32,000 nucleotides of DNA from an uncultured Nitrososphaerota archaeon (GCA_963701075.1 OY969559.1:1486639-1518638); one strand, 5' to 3'. Positions 18,781-27,083 are shown, numbered from the stretch's first letter. The notes: generated from the sequence alone by a model not told the origin. Made by a program: numbers and translations.

Positions 18781-19023
18781 TTGTTCATGAAGAAGCATGA
18801 GTTCAACAAATCTCTTCTTGACAAATTTACCCTAAATCAGTTACATGAGCTTTGCAAAATATACAAAAGAGAAATGAATCCAATAGATTACAGAGACAGG
18901 GTGATTCTGGGCGAATCAGATCCTGAAATAATAAAGAAGAGGTTCATTCCATACATAGTCGGTTTCTTTGATCAATCAGAGATCATGGAATTTGCCAGTA
19001 AATACAAGATAAAGATAGATTAA
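18781..19023 (+). CDS. hypothetical small protein
   Basis: 80-aa ORF (TTG 18781; ATG 18787 gives MKKHEF...). No motif recognised. Confidence 0.4.
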   Translation: MFMKKHEFNKSLLDKFTLNQLHELCKIYKREMNPIDYRDRVILGESDPEIIKKRFIPYIVGFFDQSEIMEFASKYKIKID

Positions 19024-19039
19024 CTCAAAAATCAATGCC

Positions 19040-19699
19040 TCAAGGACCCGACAACGAATTATTTTCAGTCAGGTTTGTTTCATTTGCAGATTCTGTGGCA
19101 TTATTTCCGCTGGTAATGTCACCAGAATAAAGAAGCCCCACTGCAGACATGCGGGCTTGTACAAGTGCCAATTGTTGTCTAACATTGTCATCTACGTAGC
19201 TTTGCTTTGACTGACAATCCCATTGACCTTTTCCAAAGATAAGATTTGAGAATGCTGCAAAGTCATAATTTTTCTCATATGAGTATGGAATCAAGCCCAA
19301 AACCTTTGTTTTGATGAGAAGTGTTGAATTAAAATCTGTATTAGACTCGTTGTTCAAGACCCAATCGATAAATGTCTTCATAGTACTGGAATCGGTAAAA
19401 CCTAGTGTTCCTTGTAGTTGTTCTTCAGAAAGGGAGGGAACCATGTTTCCCGCAATATCAAGTGAGCCATAATCACCTGAAGTACCACGCATATCAGATT
19501 CTACACTCTCAATAATTACAGGCATAAATGATGGGTTACACACAGCCAAAGTAATATCCATCCCAGCCGTATTGACTTGCCCTATCCCACCTCCAGCAAA
19601 CTCTAGACTTTTTGCCGAGTAAGATACGCCGATAAATAGTGCGGATAGTGCAATCGCCATTACAACTGCAAGTGTTATTAGAGATCTTTTCAAGACCAC
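19040..19699 (-). CDS. membrane-anchored extracytoplasmic protein, function unknown
   Basis: 219 aa with a single N-terminal hydrophobic anchor (LITLAVVMAIALSALFIGV) and an Asn/Ser/Thr-rich C-terminus. Weak resemblance to LEA_2/NDR1-type beta-sandwich regions only. Confidence 0.55.
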   Translation of the reverse strand: MVLKRSLITLAVVMAIALSALFIGVSYSAKSLEFAGGGIGQVNTAGMDITLAVCNPSFMPVIIESVESDMRGTSGDYGSLDIAGNMVPSLSEEQLQGTLGFTDSSTMKTFIDWVLNNESNTDFNSTLLIKTKVLGLIPYSYEKNYDFAAFSNLIFGKGQWDCQSKQSYVDDNVRQQLALVQARMSAVGLLYSGDITSGNNATESANETNLTENNSLSGP

Positions 19700-19793
19700 A
19701 CTAAATCATACAAATATCCATAAATTTCTTGATAAGAATAGATCTTTTGCAGGACCTCTTGTAAGCTGATCAATTCCAAAACGGTTACAAATA

Positions 19794-20435
19794 ATGCTCC
19801 AGATCTCCGTTTTACTTATTAATCTACATACTATCCGGAACACATTGAAGAACAAACAAAAATTTAGCATATCTCTGTCTAATGAAGTGCTCAATAGGTT
19901 AAGGATTGACTCAAAAAGAGAGAGTATCTCCGTTAACAATTTGATAAATCATATACTAGAAAATTATTCTAATTGGAGCCTTCACAATGCTGAATTCATT
20001 CCGATCAGAAAAGCATTGCTTTCGAAGTTACTTGAAAAGTTCACACATGAGGAGATTGACTCCATTGCAGCGAACATGGCACAAACCAGGAACAAGGATA
20101 CAGTGCTACGATTTACAACTCAATTCGATGTACTAAATACATTGAAGACAGTAGACGAGTGGCTCCGGATGACAGGCTTTCCATATTCTTATGAAGTAGA
20201 AGGCTCTATACACAGATTCATCGTGCTGCATGATCTTGGAAGCAAGTGGTCACTTTACATGGCAAAGCTTTTAGTTGGTACTCTGAATCAGTTTGGTCTT
20301 ATTCCAAAATACGAATACACTGACAAGATACTCTCAATTACAGTAGATCTTGGTCAAATCGAATCTGAGAGAAAAAGAACTGCCAAGCAGATAGACATGC
20401 TAAATTCTGCAATTAAAGAAATAGAATCTAGATAA
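19794..20435 (+). CDS. putative ribbon-helix-helix-type DNA-binding protein
   Basis: 213-aa ORF. The N-terminal KFSISLSNEVLNRLRIDSKRESISVNNLINHILENY fits a beta-strand, helix, helix RHH (CopG/Arc-like) pattern. The true start may be an internal TTG near 19845. Confidence 0.45.
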   Translation: MLQISVLLINLHTIRNTLKNKQKFSISLSNEVLNRLRIDSKRESISVNNLINHILENYSNWSLHNAEFIPIRKALLSKLLEKFTHEEIDSIAANMAQTRNKDTVLRFTTQFDVLNTLKTVDEWLRMTGFPYSYEVEGSIHRFIVLHDLGSKWSLYMAKLLVGTLNQFGLIPKYEYTDKILSITVDLGQIESERKRTAKQIDMLNSAIKEIESR

Positions 20436-20453
20436 AGGAATCTTTTTTGTTTT

Positions 20454-20810
20454 TTATGCACTGACTGGACATGGCAGAGACTCGGACAATTTTACAATCA
20501 ATCTTTGCGCTATTTGGTTGTCTATTTTGCCATCACTTATTGTCGAGAGCGGCAAGAAAGTAGAGGCAAAGTCCAGGATGGATATGATTGTTTTTGCATC
20601 CTGCTCGTCTATCTGCAATCTAGTCTGTAGTGTTTTAGAATCAGTCTTTCGGAGTAGAAACTGCTTGAGTGTATCGTATGAATATTCTATGCCATGCTCC
20701 TCGGAAGAATGGGTCATGAACTTTCCAAGCATGTCTTTTTCCTCGCCTTCAACTTCATATCTGCACTCAAATCCATAATCGGCGCACGCAAACTTTGCCA
20801 TAGATTGCAT
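20454..20810 (-). CDS. DUF1059-family small metal-binding-like protein with C-terminal extension
   Basis: MAKFACADYGFECRYEVEGEEKDMLGKFMTHSSEEHGI matches the DUF1059 pattern (M-x-F-x-C-x2-G-x-C...H-x3-H). Start is ATG 20810 or 20801; the upstream part of the 152-aa ORF is unlikely to be coding. Confidence 0.6.
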   Translation of the reverse strand: MQSMAKFACADYGFECRYEVEGEEKDMLGKFMTHSSEEHGIEYSYDTLKQFLLRKTDSKTLQTRLQIDEQDAKTIISILDFASTFLPLSTISDGKIDNQIAQRLIVKLSESLPCPVSA

Positions 20811-20999
20811 GATACCATTTAATCTCTTAAGAAGTAGCTTGATCGAAAATCGCAAATCTTGATGAAACAAGCTGAAATCATCACATGCAGGACGAATAAT
20901 TGTTCTTGTCACAAGCGGGTTTGTGGCTGCCCTTTACAGAATGAAGAGAATCAAACAAGATAACGCTGAAAAGTGGAGTCTACATCTCAAATAAGGGCT

Positions 21000-21986
21000 C
21001 TAGTTCTCTTGTACAAATACGTTCAATGACTCTTTGAGTCCCTTGTACCTGTTTCGTATCGTGACCTCGGTTACGCCTGCAGCCATGGCAATTACTTTCT
21101 GGGTAGTATTATCTCCATTTACAGTACATGACAGATATAGTGCGGCAGCTGCTAGCCCCATCGGGTCCTTTCCTGCGGAAAGTTCCATGTCGTTTGCGTC
21201 CTTTAAAATCTCAAGCGCTCTTCGCTTTACCTTCTCGCTTAATCCTGCTTGGCTTGCAATTCGTGACATGCATTTTATTGGATCAAGCACTGGCATTGTC
21301 ATGTCAAGCTCTTCTAATAACAACCTGTAAGATCGTGATATGTCCTTTCTTTTTATATTAATTTGACGCGCAATCTCGTTTAATGTCCTAGGAGTGCTAG
21401 ATTCTCTGCATGCCATGTATAATGCCGCTGCAATAAGACCTGAGATTGACCTACCTTTTGTGAGTCCCCTTTCCAATCCCTTTCTGTAAATGTATGCTGT
21501 CTTTTCAATTACGGCGTCAGAGAGGGCAAGCTTGTCCCTCAGCCTGTTGAGTTCACTAAAAGCCTGTCTCAAGTTCTTGTCTGCTGACTCGCTAGCCTTG
21601 CTTCTGTTATCCCATGTTCTGAGACGATCCATAGTATGTTTCATTGAGGAAGAAAGCGGTTTTCCCATTGCATCTGTTCTACCATGCCCGATCATAGTTG
21701 CAAGTCCCATATCATGCACTGCAAGTGATGTTGGCATTCCTGTTCTTGCCCTGTCATCATATTCTTCCTTTGTAAACGCGCGTGTTTCAGAACCCAAGTC
21801 TACAATACGATCTTGGATAACAAAACCGCAACCACTGCAAAATTTTTCTCCAGTAGAACTGTCTGTTACGAGTGAATCTTTTCCACATCGCATACAACTA
21901 CCAGCATTATAATTATGTAAGACCATACAATTTGTCACCTGCATTGCATGACCTATCAATAAGAACTCTCGTATTTTGCGATGCAT
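21000..21986 (-). CDS. tfb: transcription initiation factor B (TFIIB homolog)
   Basis: N-terminal zinc ribbon CMRCG-x17-CSGCG and B-finger/linker. Two cyclin-like repeats carry KGRSISGLIAAALYMACRE and AGKDPMGLAAAALYLSC. The likely true start is ATG 21926 (MVLHNYNAGSC) or 21944. Confidence 0.9.
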   Translation of the reverse strand: MHRKIREFLLIGHAMQVTNCMVLHNYNAGSCMRCGKDSLVTDSSTGEKFCSGCGFVIQDRIVDLGSETRAFTKEEYDDRARTGMPTSLAVHDMGLATMIGHGRTDAMGKPLSSSMKHTMDRLRTWDNRSKASESADKNLRQAFSELNRLRDKLALSDAVIEKTAYIYRKGLERGLTKGRSISGLIAAALYMACRESSTPRTLNEIARQINIKRKDISRSYRLLLEELDMTMPVLDPIKCMSRIASQAGLSEKVKRRALEILKDANDMELSAGKDPMGLAAAALYLSCTVNGDNTTQKVIAMAAGVTEVTIRNRYKGLKESLNVFVQEN

Positions 21987-22264
21987 GGTTCAGGTTCTGT
22001 TGCGTTTTTTGTTGCTGATGTTCAGAAATCACAGAATTGATCAATCAACAAGGTAACAATGACACAATTCAACATGCTTAATAGCGATGCAAGTTCTCAA
22101 ATAACATGGCAAAAGCCAAATCAAAAGCAAAGTCGAAATCAAAAACCGCAAAGAAAACAAAAAGATAAAAAATAGTGACCTGAAATGGTCAATCTCATTT
22201 TTTCCATAAAAAAATTCTGAAAATATAATAGTCAACGTCACATGGTCACATTTATTATTCAGCA

Positions 22265-22423
22265 ATGGTGTTACTATCGATGTCTGCAAAACTGCTTGTC
22301 ATCGGTATTATCATAGCTGTTATCGTAGCTATCATATTTTACTTTAGAACAAAAAAGATAAGAGATGGTCTACGGTCAGACCTGCCCAAACATGCAGATA
22401 GACCAGATACAACTGAGCTATAA
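22265..22423 (+). CDS. small single-pass membrane protein (52 aa)
   Basis: MVLLSMSAKLLVIGIIIAVIVAIIFYFRTKKIRDGLRSDLPKHADRPDTTEL: one clear TM followed by a basic stretch. Not in the ORF track; the overlapping 22041-22289 minus-strand ORF looks spurious. Confidence 0.4.
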   Translation: MVLLSMSAKLLVIGIIIAVIVAIIFYFRTKKIRDGLRSDLPKHADRPDTTEL

Positions 22424-22560
22424 TCAACTCACGTTGGTTTTACAAAAGCATCCTTATTGATTCGTAAGAATGCAGCCATATTGAGAAGAAAATCACGTAT
22501 TTGTCATGAATTTATCGAATTATTCTTGCGAATTCCATTAGGTTTACATCTACATTTTGC

Positions 22561-23027
22561 TTATTTTTTATTTGCACTAGTTTTTTCCAAATAAACTAGA
22601 GTTACGTTATCATTAATTTTTTTCAGTTTTAAATATTTTATATCCAATCTTTTGATAGAGATGCATATTTGTCTCACTTTTATTGCCAGTGAATAGTTCA
22701 AATCTTTTACATGACTTGAACAAACTTTCTATTTCATTCATTAATTTTTTTCAATACCGTGACGTTGCGAGTCAAGATGAACCATGAGTCTCCCCAATAT
22801 GACGGGCCTCTTTCTGTGCAAATGCCCTAACAGAGTCTCTATTATTTTTTCATCAGATTGAGATTTAAGAAATACTTTCCAAATTCATCTTCTTATATAT
22901 TTTGTAAAGTTTGAATCATTAGATAAGTTGAAGTTATCATAAAGCTTGACTTTACTTTGGTATACTAATTTTTGAAGCAAAAGTATTTCTTCGGCATTAG
23001 AGACTGTTGTTTTTCTATTATCGTCAT
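22561..23027 (-). pseudogene. GNAT-family N-acetyltransferase pseudogene (2 frameshifts plus 1 in-frame stop)
   Basis: Minus-strand conceptual translation: MTIIEK / TTVSNAEEILLLQKLVYQSKVKLYDNFNL...TKYIRR * IWKVFLKSQSDEKIIETLLGHLHRKRPVILGRLMVHLDSQRHGI / GKKLMNEIESLFKSCKRFELFTGNKSETNMHLYQKIGYKIFKTEKINDNVTLVYLEKTSANKK*. It contains the GNAT motif A Q-x-x-G-x-G (SQRHGIGKKLM). Lesions: frameshift in the T/A run 23010-23014, TGA at 22885-22887, frameshift at about 22752. Confidence 0.7.
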
Positions 23028-23137
23028 TTGATTATTGATTCAACCCCTTCAAATCTTAAAGTTTTACAACAGCTATGCGTTCCAATACATAGCATCTATA
23101 GCGTATCCTTTAACTAGACATTACATATAGTGAAATT

Positions 23138-23479
23138 ATGGGCCAAAAAGTATCAGGAATTGAAAAACTTCTTGCACCATCACTAAACAGAATAGAGGAA
23201 GAATTGAAAGTAATTCATGATGAAATGAATACAGTAAAGGCAAAGATAGATGAGACTAGCAATAGGATTACAAAGATTGAAGATGACAATAGACGCCTTG
23301 CAAATAGAATAGATAAGATAGGCAGCGGTCTGCCAACCGAGGTGCAGGTCTCAATTGACAACATAAACGACATGGAACGACATGATAGAGATGAAATCGA
23401 TGTTCTAAAACGTGGCATTGATGTTGCCCAAAGAAGGTTAGCCATCTTAGAGGCCAAAATGAAAGAACTAGGCAAATAA
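23138..23479 (+). CDS. coiled-coil protein, function unknown
   Basis: 113-aa ORF, heptad-rich and highly charged (IEEELKVIHDEMNTVKAKIDETSNRITKIEDDNRRLANRIDKI...). TATA-like CCTTTAACTAG lies about 30 nt upstream. Confidence 0.55.
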   Translation: MGQKVSGIEKLLAPSLNRIEEELKVIHDEMNTVKAKIDETSNRITKIEDDNRRLANRIDKIGSGLPTEVQVSIDNINDMERHDRDEIDVLKRGIDVAQRRLAILEAKMKELGK

Positions 23480-23568
23480 ATTACATTCCAAGATAGGTTC
23501 CATGTTTGAAAGAATTGCTTTGTCATTTTAGATAATTTGACGATCCTGTGACCTAGAGAGATTTTATG

Positions 23569-23814
23569 TTATGATCTCTTTTTCCTTTTAGGACCATTCA
23601 ATGAGGATTTCTTGTCAGGGTCATTTAGTGATGATTTCTTTTTGTCTAGATGCTTGATTCCAAAGCCTGCGAAAAAAACTAGCCAGCCGATAATAGTCAC
23701 ATACCCTATGACATTTTTAATCGAGTCCGATACATTATGCGAAACCGTAGAAAATATCCAGTTTAGGATGATCATAGAAATTCCTAAGATCATGATGATT
23801 GTGCCACGTTGCAT
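23569..23814 (-). CDS. small two-TM membrane protein with basic repeat tail
   Basis: 81 aa with two hydrophobic segments. The C-terminus has tandem KKSSLN(D/G)P units. Preceded by the conserved promoter module at 23821-23863. Confidence 0.55.
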   Translation of the reverse strand: MQRGTIIMILGISMIILNWIFSTVSHNVSDSIKNVIGYVTIIGWLVFFAGFGIKHLDKKKSSLNDPDKKSSLNGPKRKKRS

Positions 23815-23820
23815 ACAATC

Positions 23821-23863
23821 ATAACTTTCGTACTGATCTTAAAGATTCCCCTCCAAACGAATC
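23821..23863 (-). promoter_or_regulatory. conserved promoter module (upstream element GATTCGTTTGGA, TATA TTTAAGATCA, ACGAAAGTTAT)
   Basis: Minus-strand reading: GATTCGTTTGGAGGGGAATCTTTAAGATCAGTACGAAAGTTAT. The TATA-like octamer lies 22-29 nt upstream of ATG 23814, implying a leaderless or near-leaderless mRNA. Confidence 0.5.
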
Positions 23864-24013
23864 ATGATCGAGAATGCCTAGACAACGCCAGTTTTCACAT
23901 GTAAAAGTCAGATGTACTATTTGTTTGCTATAAAAAGGAGGAACTTGATTTGATGCAAAGGCGTGACTAGTTGAAACTAAATATTTAAATCAAATTCCGT
24001 TTCATATGATGCA

Positions 24014-24271
24014 ATGTCCACAAAAACAATCGCACTAATATGTGCCGCTTTTGCAGGTGGCGTGATCGCAATAGGAATTGCGATGTCAGCAGGATCTGGA
24101 TGGGAACCAGCAGGTCAGTATACCGGAATAAGCAATGCCGCGCATACGGTCAATAATTCATCGAGCTGCTATGCGTTTCAGACAGGATGCAATAGTACAA
24201 GCTATGGTTCAACAACTACCAGTTCAGACTATAGTGGCGCAGCTTTAAGCGGCTCCTATGGCGGACCATAG
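24014..24271 (+). CDS. small secreted or membrane-anchored Ser/Thr/Gly-rich protein
   Basis: 85 aa with an N-terminal hydrophobic segment (IALICAAFAGGVIAIGIAM) and a low-complexity S/T/G/Y-rich tail. TATA-like ATATTTAAAT lies about 35 nt upstream. Confidence 0.5.
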   Translation: MSTKTIALICAAFAGGVIAIGIAMSAGSGWEPAGQYTGISNAAHTVNNSSSCYAFQTGCNSTSYGSTTTSSDYSGAALSGSYGGP

Positions 24272-24409
24272 ATTTAAAATCTATTATTTTTTTCATTTCA
24301 TAAAGAAGTACAGCATTAATTTTTTCATCATGTAGGTTTGGGAATTATGAGAGAAAAGACTCTCTTTTGGCAAGAATATGTTTTTGGCTTTTGAAATTAA
24401 AATCAGTTA

Positions 24410-24589
24410 ATGGCAAATCTTAAGTCATTACAGAATAATGTGATAAAAGAAATGAGCGAGGAACAATGTCTAGAATGTTTGTCCAAAAACACCTGCGAAT
24501 ACATGAACCCAATTGAGAAGAGCGACGGAATGCACTATTATTTTTTATGTGAAGATTGTAAACATGAGTGGGAAATAATAAGAAAATAA
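24410..24589 (+). CDS. small zinc-ribbon-like protein (59 aa)
   Basis: MANLKSLQNNVIKEMSEEQCLECLSKNTCEYMNPIEKSDGMHYYFLCEDCKHEWEIIRK has two CxxC pairs (CLEC and CEDC) about 26 residues apart. Not in the ORF track (under 60 aa). Confidence 0.5.
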   Translation: MANLKSLQNNVIKEMSEEQCLECLSKNTCEYMNPIEKSDGMHYYFLCEDCKHEWEIIRK

Positions 24590-24756
24590 TGAAATTAGAA
24601 TCCTAAAGCTTTACGACAATAAGAAATCATTCCATATTGTCAAACCGTTTGGTGAAAAGAATAGAAAAATTAAACTTTAATTTCTACTGCAAAACCAAAT
24701 CTGAGAATCAATCAAATTGTTATATACTAAGATTGTATGATATTATCCGAAAACAT

Positions 24757-25128
24757 ATGGAAGATACACATGAATCGTGCAAAATGGAAGGCGGTGCAGG
24801 ATGTGGCTGTGGATCAATGTCGTCTCACGAACACTGCGGGTGTGATCAGATGGCATCTCATGGACACCATGGTTGTGGCGATGGTCATCATTCACATTCT
24901 GTGACAAGGATGTACAAGCGTGCATACATGGATGCGTTATATCAAGCCCAAGTAGAACGCCTAAGAAAAAGAATCGATGCCAAATTCGGGTCAACGCTTG
25001 ACAAAATGGCTGATGCGGTAGCAGAGTCGTTCGGGAAGATGTGGGAGTCCAAGATGGCAAAAATGGAGGCAAGACAGGAGCTGGAAGCCAAACTTAGGAA
25101 GATTCTTTCTGAAACAACTAAAACCTAA
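24757..25128 (+). CDS. Cys/His-rich putative metal-binding protein with helical C-terminal half
   Basis: From ATG 24757: MEDTHESCKMEGGAGCGCGSMSSHEHCGCDQMASHGHHGCGDGHHSHS, followed by an amphipathic or coiled helical region. The TTG-extended ORF from 24637 is unlikely, because TATATACT at 24721-24728 sits about 30 nt upstream of ATG 24757. Confidence 0.6.
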   Translation: MEDTHESCKMEGGAGCGCGSMSSHEHCGCDQMASHGHHGCGDGHHSHSVTRMYKRAYMDALYQAQVERLRKRIDAKFGSTLDKMADAVAESFGKMWESKMAKMEARQELEAKLRKILSETTKT

Positions 25129-25318
25129 AATATTTTTTCCTCGGTCTTTTTTTTAAATAATCCATCTAGAGAAACCGATTCTAGAGAATGAAGTTTAGAC
25201 GGATAGAATAGAAGGTAATGATCCTAAAGTTATGAATGGATTAGCCAATTTTTATGAATTAGCATTGAGAAAGGAAAAATTTGATCATCTTTAAAAATAC
25301 TGGGAGTAAGTAGTCATA

Positions 25319-26305
25319 TTGAAAAAAACTGCATATCTTCTGATAGCATTAATTTTTGTATCAAGTATGACAATAAGTTCGTCAACTAACGCGGTTGCAC
25401 AACAAACACCTACAAATAATTTTAACACAATTAATTATCCTAGCGCCACTAATACATTTGCTCTTGGAATAAACAATGCTGGTCAGATAGTTGGGTATTA
25501 TTATAACAGTCAAGAGAACTACCACGGCTTTCTACTCTCATCTGGTAACTATACCTCAATTAATTACCCCGGTGCCAGTAGTACGACTGTTCTTGGAATT
25601 AACAATGCTGGTCAGATAGTTGGATATTATTATGATAATTCAGGGCACCTCCATGGCTTTCTACTATCGTCTGGCAACTATACCTCAATTGATTACCCAG
25701 GTGAAAATAGTACATCGGCTTTTGGAATTAACAATGCGGGTCAGATAGTTGGAAATTATATTGATAGTTCAGAACATTTCCATGGCTTTCTACTCGCGTC
25801 TGGCAACTATACCTCAATTGATTACCCCGGTGAAAATAGTACCGCTCCTTATGGAATTAACAATGCGGGTCAGATAGTTGGAAATTATATTGATAGTGTG
25901 GGACACTACCACGGCTTTCTACTCGCGTCTGGCAACTATACCCCAATTGATTATCCCGGTGAAAATAGTACCGCTCCTTATGGAATTAACAATGCTGGTC
26001 AGATAGTTGGATATTATTATAACAATCTAGAGAATAACCACGGCTTTCTACTCTTGTCTGGCAACTATACCTCAATTGATTACCCAGGTGCGAATAGTAC
26101 AGCTGCTTTTGGAATTAATAATGCCGGTCAGATAGTTGGAAGTTATTACGATGATTCAGGACACTACCACGGCTTTCTACTCTCGTCTGGTGAGACTATA
26201 CAAACTACTCCTGAATTTGGCCCTGTTGCCCCAATCATACTTGGCATTTCAATTCTGTCAATAATTATTTTATCGGTCAGAACTAGATTCTTACACAGAT
26301 CCTAG
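25319..26305 (+). CDS. secreted HAF-type repeat protein with PEFG-CTERM sorting signal
   Basis: TTG start followed by signal peptide MKKTAYLLIALIFVSSMTISSSTNAVA. Six 43-aa repeats I(N/D)YPG-x-NST-x3-GINNAGQIVG-x-Y-x6-HGFLL-x-SGNYTS resemble the bacterial HAF extracellular repeat (GIN-x-GQVVG...HAF). The C-terminus is PEFGPVAPIILGISILSIIILSVRTRF: PEFG motif, TM, then a basic tail. Confidence 0.85.
   Translation: MKKTAYLLIALIFVSSMTISSSTNAVAQQTPTNNFNTINYPSATNTFALGINNAGQIVGYYYNSQENYHGFLLSSGNYTSINYPGASSTTVLGINNAGQIVGYYYDNSGHLHGFLLSSGNYTSIDYPGENSTSAFGINNAGQIVGNYIDSSEHFHGFLLASGNYTSIDYPGENSTAPYGINNAGQIVGNYIDSVGHYHGFLLASGNYTPIDYPGENSTAPYGINNAGQIVGYYYNNLENNHGFLLLSGNYTSIDYPGANSTAAFGINNAGQIVGSYYDDSGHYHGFLLSSGETIQTTPEFGPVAPIILGISILSIIILSVRTRFLHRS
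25430..26203 (+). repeat. 6 x 129-bp in-frame tandem coding repeats (HAF-type units)
   Basis: Long stretches are near-identical between units at nucleotide level, for example ggaattaacaatgc(g/t)ggtcagatagttgg and ggctttctactc(g/t)cgtctggcaactatacc. Units 3-5 are the most similar. Confidence 0.9.
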
Positions 26306-26479
26306 AGGTTCTCCAAACAAATCATATTTCCCGTTACGATGTGAATCACTGAAAACGGAATCAGGCACACAGGAGCCTGTGTTAGTAGAAGCAAGTTGAA
26401 TTGCCCTAGGATGAAAAATACGAGAGATTGATCCTAGATTTAGCCCCATCTTAAAATACAATTACTGCGTAATTATACT

Positions 26480-26833
26480 ATGCAAGGCTCAAGTGCACTA
26501 GATAATTACGATTTAAAAAGAGCACATCAAGCTCTAAAAATGCTGCTTATTGATAGAAGTAATGAATTTCGCCTTTTTGCTCGAGGAATTGGGTATCCGA
26601 CTAACACAAAAGACTGGGAATTAATAGTCCTGAATTTTTGTCTTGATTATATAGAATGTTTCCATACGTGGACTGCCGATGATCCGCCAGACCATCACCA
26701 TATCCACAAGTGCATGACACAGATGAGACAGATGGCTAGAGGAAAATCAACCATGACTGAAGTCACACATCTTCAGAATACCGCATATCTAATTGCAGAG
26801 GATTTTAAAGCAATTTACAAGAGAATAGAATAG
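26480..26833 (+). CDS. hypothetical protein with His cluster
   Basis: 117-aa ORF with an ATG start and TATA-like CTTAAAATAC about 30 nt upstream. Contains DDPPDHHHIHKC. No family recognised. Confidence 0.5.
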   Translation: MQGSSALDNYDLKRAHQALKMLLIDRSNEFRLFARGIGYPTNTKDWELIVLNFCLDYIECFHTWTADDPPDHHHIHKCMTQMRQMARGKSTMTEVTHLQNTAYLIAEDFKAIYKRIE

Positions 26834-26900
26834 TAGAACCCTTTTAGAAATTCAACGTTGTAATGATATGTTTTCTTTTTAGAGCAAGATTTACTCTTTT

Positions 26901-27083
26901 TTATCTAGTGAGATAGAAACAATTCCATTTCATATGAGGAATAGATTGCATACTAGGCTGCGCACAATGTAGGATGTAATGCGCTGGCATATGGGGCGTT
27001 ACAAGTAAATGTACTGTAGCAATTGTGATTCCAATTCCAACTAGTACTGAAATTATTGTTATTGCAATAACTGATTTATTCAT
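26901..27083 (-). CDS. small single-TM membrane protein
   Basis: 60 aa with N-terminal TM SVIAITIISVLVGIGITIATVHLLV. TTTAAGATCA (plus-strand 27103-27112) lies 22-29 nt upstream of the ATG. Confidence 0.45.
   Translation of the reverse strand: MNKSVIAITIISVLVGIGITIATVHLLVTPHMPAHYILHCAQPSMQSIPHMKWNCFYLTR

Noticed and set aside
22106-22168. 20-aa lysine-rich mini-ORF MAKAKSKAKSKSKTAKKTKR
   Set aside because: It is a low-complexity A/G-rich stretch in a promoter-proximal AT-rich region. It does not resemble the Arg-rich L41e-type peptides and has no supporting signal. Most likely chance.
25430-26203. Regular 129-bp repeats that could be mistaken for a CRISPR-like or satellite array
   Set aside because: The units are contiguous with no spacers. 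They are in frame within one long ORF that has a signal peptide and a sorting signal, and they encode a recognisable protein repeat. These are coding tandem repeats, not CRISPR.
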